Below are positions 36,259-37,920 of a stretch of DNA of 37,920 nt, piece after piece (within the stretch, counting starts at the first letter, position 1; every line of letters starts with the position of its first letter). The notes below the pieces were generated by a model. It made no database searches. It was given only the letters and a program-made list of their open reading frames with translations, and had not been told where the DNA came from. The position numbers were made by a program, and so were the translations under genes. The stretch lies in the sequence record SRR31156797_4117. One strand, written 5' to 3'.

Positions 36259-37245
36259 ATGATTGAAAAGAGTATATCTTTAGGGGTGATTGATCCTCTT
36301 GAATTTTATGGAATTAACAATAGTAAGCTTGAGGTAATTAAGGAAATGTTTCCAAAATTAAGCATTGTTGGACGAGGAAGTGAGATAATTGCCAATGGAG
36401 AAGCTAAAACTCTTGACTTATTCGAGCAAAAAATTAATTTGTTAATACAGCACTACAATCAATACAATGTTCTTACACTTTCTAATATTAAAAGAATCTT
36501 TCTCGAAAATTCTTCAGGAGTACAAAATCCAGATGATCCTGAAAGTGTAATTATTTTTGGAAATAATGGAAAAATAATTCGTTCCAGGACAGCAAATCAA
36601 CGTAAGTTGGTAGAGAAATCAGCAAAGAACGATATGGTTTTTGCTGTTGGTCCTGCAGGATCAGGAAAAACATATACTGCCATTGCGCTTGCTGTTAGAG
36701 CATTAAGAAATCAGGAGGTAAAGAAAATTATCCTGAGTCGTCCGGCTGTTGAAGCAGGAGAGAATCTTGGTTTTCTCCCAGGAGATTTAAAAGAGAAAAT
36801 TGATCCGTATTTGCAACCTCTATACGATGCCTTATTGGATATGATTCCACCTAGAAAGTTGGCAGATTATTTAGAAGCAGAGGTGATTCAAATTGCACCT
36901 TTGGCATATATGCGTGGTAGAACTCTGAATGATGCTTTTGTGATTTTAGATGAGGCACAGAATACCACAACCAAGCAGTTGAAAATGTTTTTAACTCGAA
37001 TGGGAACAAGTGGTAAATTCATGATTACAGGTGACATCACTCAGATTGATTTACCACGAAAACAGCAATCAGGATTGGTGCAAGCATTTCGTATTCTTCG
37101 TAAGATTAAAGGAATAGCAATGGTGGAATTCGATAGCTCGGATATCATCCGTCACAGATTGGTGAAAGAGATTGTATCTGCCTACGAAAAAGAAGATGAA
37201 AGAGAGGAAGAAAAGCAGACGAAAAAGAGAGAAAATAAAGAATAA
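36259..37245 (+). CDS. phoH: PhoH family protein
   Basis: GPAGSGKT, RPAVEAGENLGFLPGD, PLAYMRGRTL, DEAQN, GDITQIDLP. Confidence 0.95.
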   Translation: MIEKSISLGVIDPLEFYGINNSKLEVIKEMFPKLSIVGRGSEIIANGEAKTLDLFEQKINLLIQHYNQYNVLTLSNIKRIFLENSSGVQNPDDPESVIIFGNNGKIIRSRTANQRKLVEKSAKNDMVFAVGPAGSGKTYTAIALAVRALRNQEVKKIILSRPAVEAGENLGFLPGDLKEKIDPYLQPLYDALLDMIPPRKLADYLEAEVIQIAPLAYMRGRTLNDAFVILDEAQNTTTKQLKMFLTRMGTSGKFMITGDITQIDLPRKQQSGLVQAFRILRKIKGIAMVEFDSSDIIRHRLVKEIVSAYEKEDEREEEKQTKKRENKE

Positions 37246-37304
37246 TTAATTTATCTTCGCGGTAAAATAAACCATTTTATAAATTATTTGAATTTTTTGG
37301 AACA

Positions 37305-37920
37305 ATGAAAGAAGCAATTGTAAAAACAGATTTTAATTTTCCGAATCAAAAGAATGTTTACAAAGGTAAGGTAAGAGACGTTTATAACATTAACGATGAA
37401 TATCTTGCAATGGTCGTTTCTGACCGTATTTCGGCATTCGATGTTGTTTTACCTGAAGGAATTCCTTTTAAAGGACAGGTATTGAACCAAATTGCAGAGC
37501 GCTTTTTGGATGCTACTGCAGATATTGTTCCTAACTGGAAAATCGCCACTCCAGATCCAATGGTAACAGTTGGACATTTGGCTGAGCCATTCATGGTGGA
37601 GATGGTAATTAGAGGTTACCTTACAGGTCATGCCTGGAGAGAATATAAGGCTGGAAAAAGAATGCTATGTGGTGTTCCAATGCCAGAGGGAATGAAAGAG
37701 AATCAAAAATTTGAGAAGCCAATCATTACGCCTACAACCAAAGCTTTGGAAGGTCACGATGAGGATATCTCGAGAGAAGAGATTTTGAAGCAGGGAATCG
37801 TAAGCAAGGAAGATTACGAAGCACTTGAAGAGTATACGCAAGCATTATTTGCTCGTGGTACTGAAATTGCTGCTGAAAAAGATCTAATTTTGGTTGATAC
37901 TAAATATGAGTTTGGTAAAA
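37305..37920 (+). CDS. purC: Phosphoribosylaminoimidazolesuccinocarboxamide synthase, partial (runs off the window; not in ORF track)
   Basis: Hand translation [27 protein letters not shown]...DRISAFDV...[10 protein letters not shown]...[10 protein letters not shown]. Confidence 0.95.
   Translation, partial: MKEAIVKTDFNFPNQKNVYKGKVRDVYNINDEYLAMVVSDRISAFDVVLPEGIPFKGQVLNQIAERFLDATADIVPNWKIATPDPMVTVGHLAEPFMVEMVIRGYLTGHAWREYKAGKRMLCGVPMPEGMKENQKFEKPIITPTTKALEGHDEDISREEILKQGIVSKEDYEALEEYTQALFARGTEIAAEKDLILVDTKYEFGK

Overview
AT-rich Bacteroidota chromosomal segment. TAnnTTTG promoters and gene content suggest a marine anaerobe such as Marinifilaceae (inference). Left to right: three hypothetical membrane proteins; a DnaJ-KTSC protein; a DtxR/MntR regulator plus TonB-dependent receptor; an orphan TPR histidine kinase; a Tat-lipoprotein amidase; an acyl-CoA ligase; a cobalamin riboswitch leading an anaerobic corrin-ring operon (cobA, cbiX, cbiL, cbiH-C, cbiET, cbiG-F, cbiJ-D) with cbiMNQO; a GT4 glycosyltransferase, mazG, a methyltransferase, a VF530 protein and a DEAD-box helicase; then a heme-c sensor kinase, ABM, a SAM hydrolase, phoH and partial purC. 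The standout is 28744-32614 (minus strand). It holds a tandem array of nine small precursor peptides, four of them missing from the ORF track. All nine have an exactly 24-aa double-glycine leader and hypervariable, even-cysteine, non-cationic cores, mostly C-x5-C-x5-C-x4-C-like. They lie directly behind a fusion of a degenerate C39-like domain, VKOR and a thioredoxin/DsbA domain. This looks like a disulfide-RiPP library with a dedicated oxidase. The spacers carry a repeated RNA element that folds as an H-type pseudoknot with compensatory changes in both stems.
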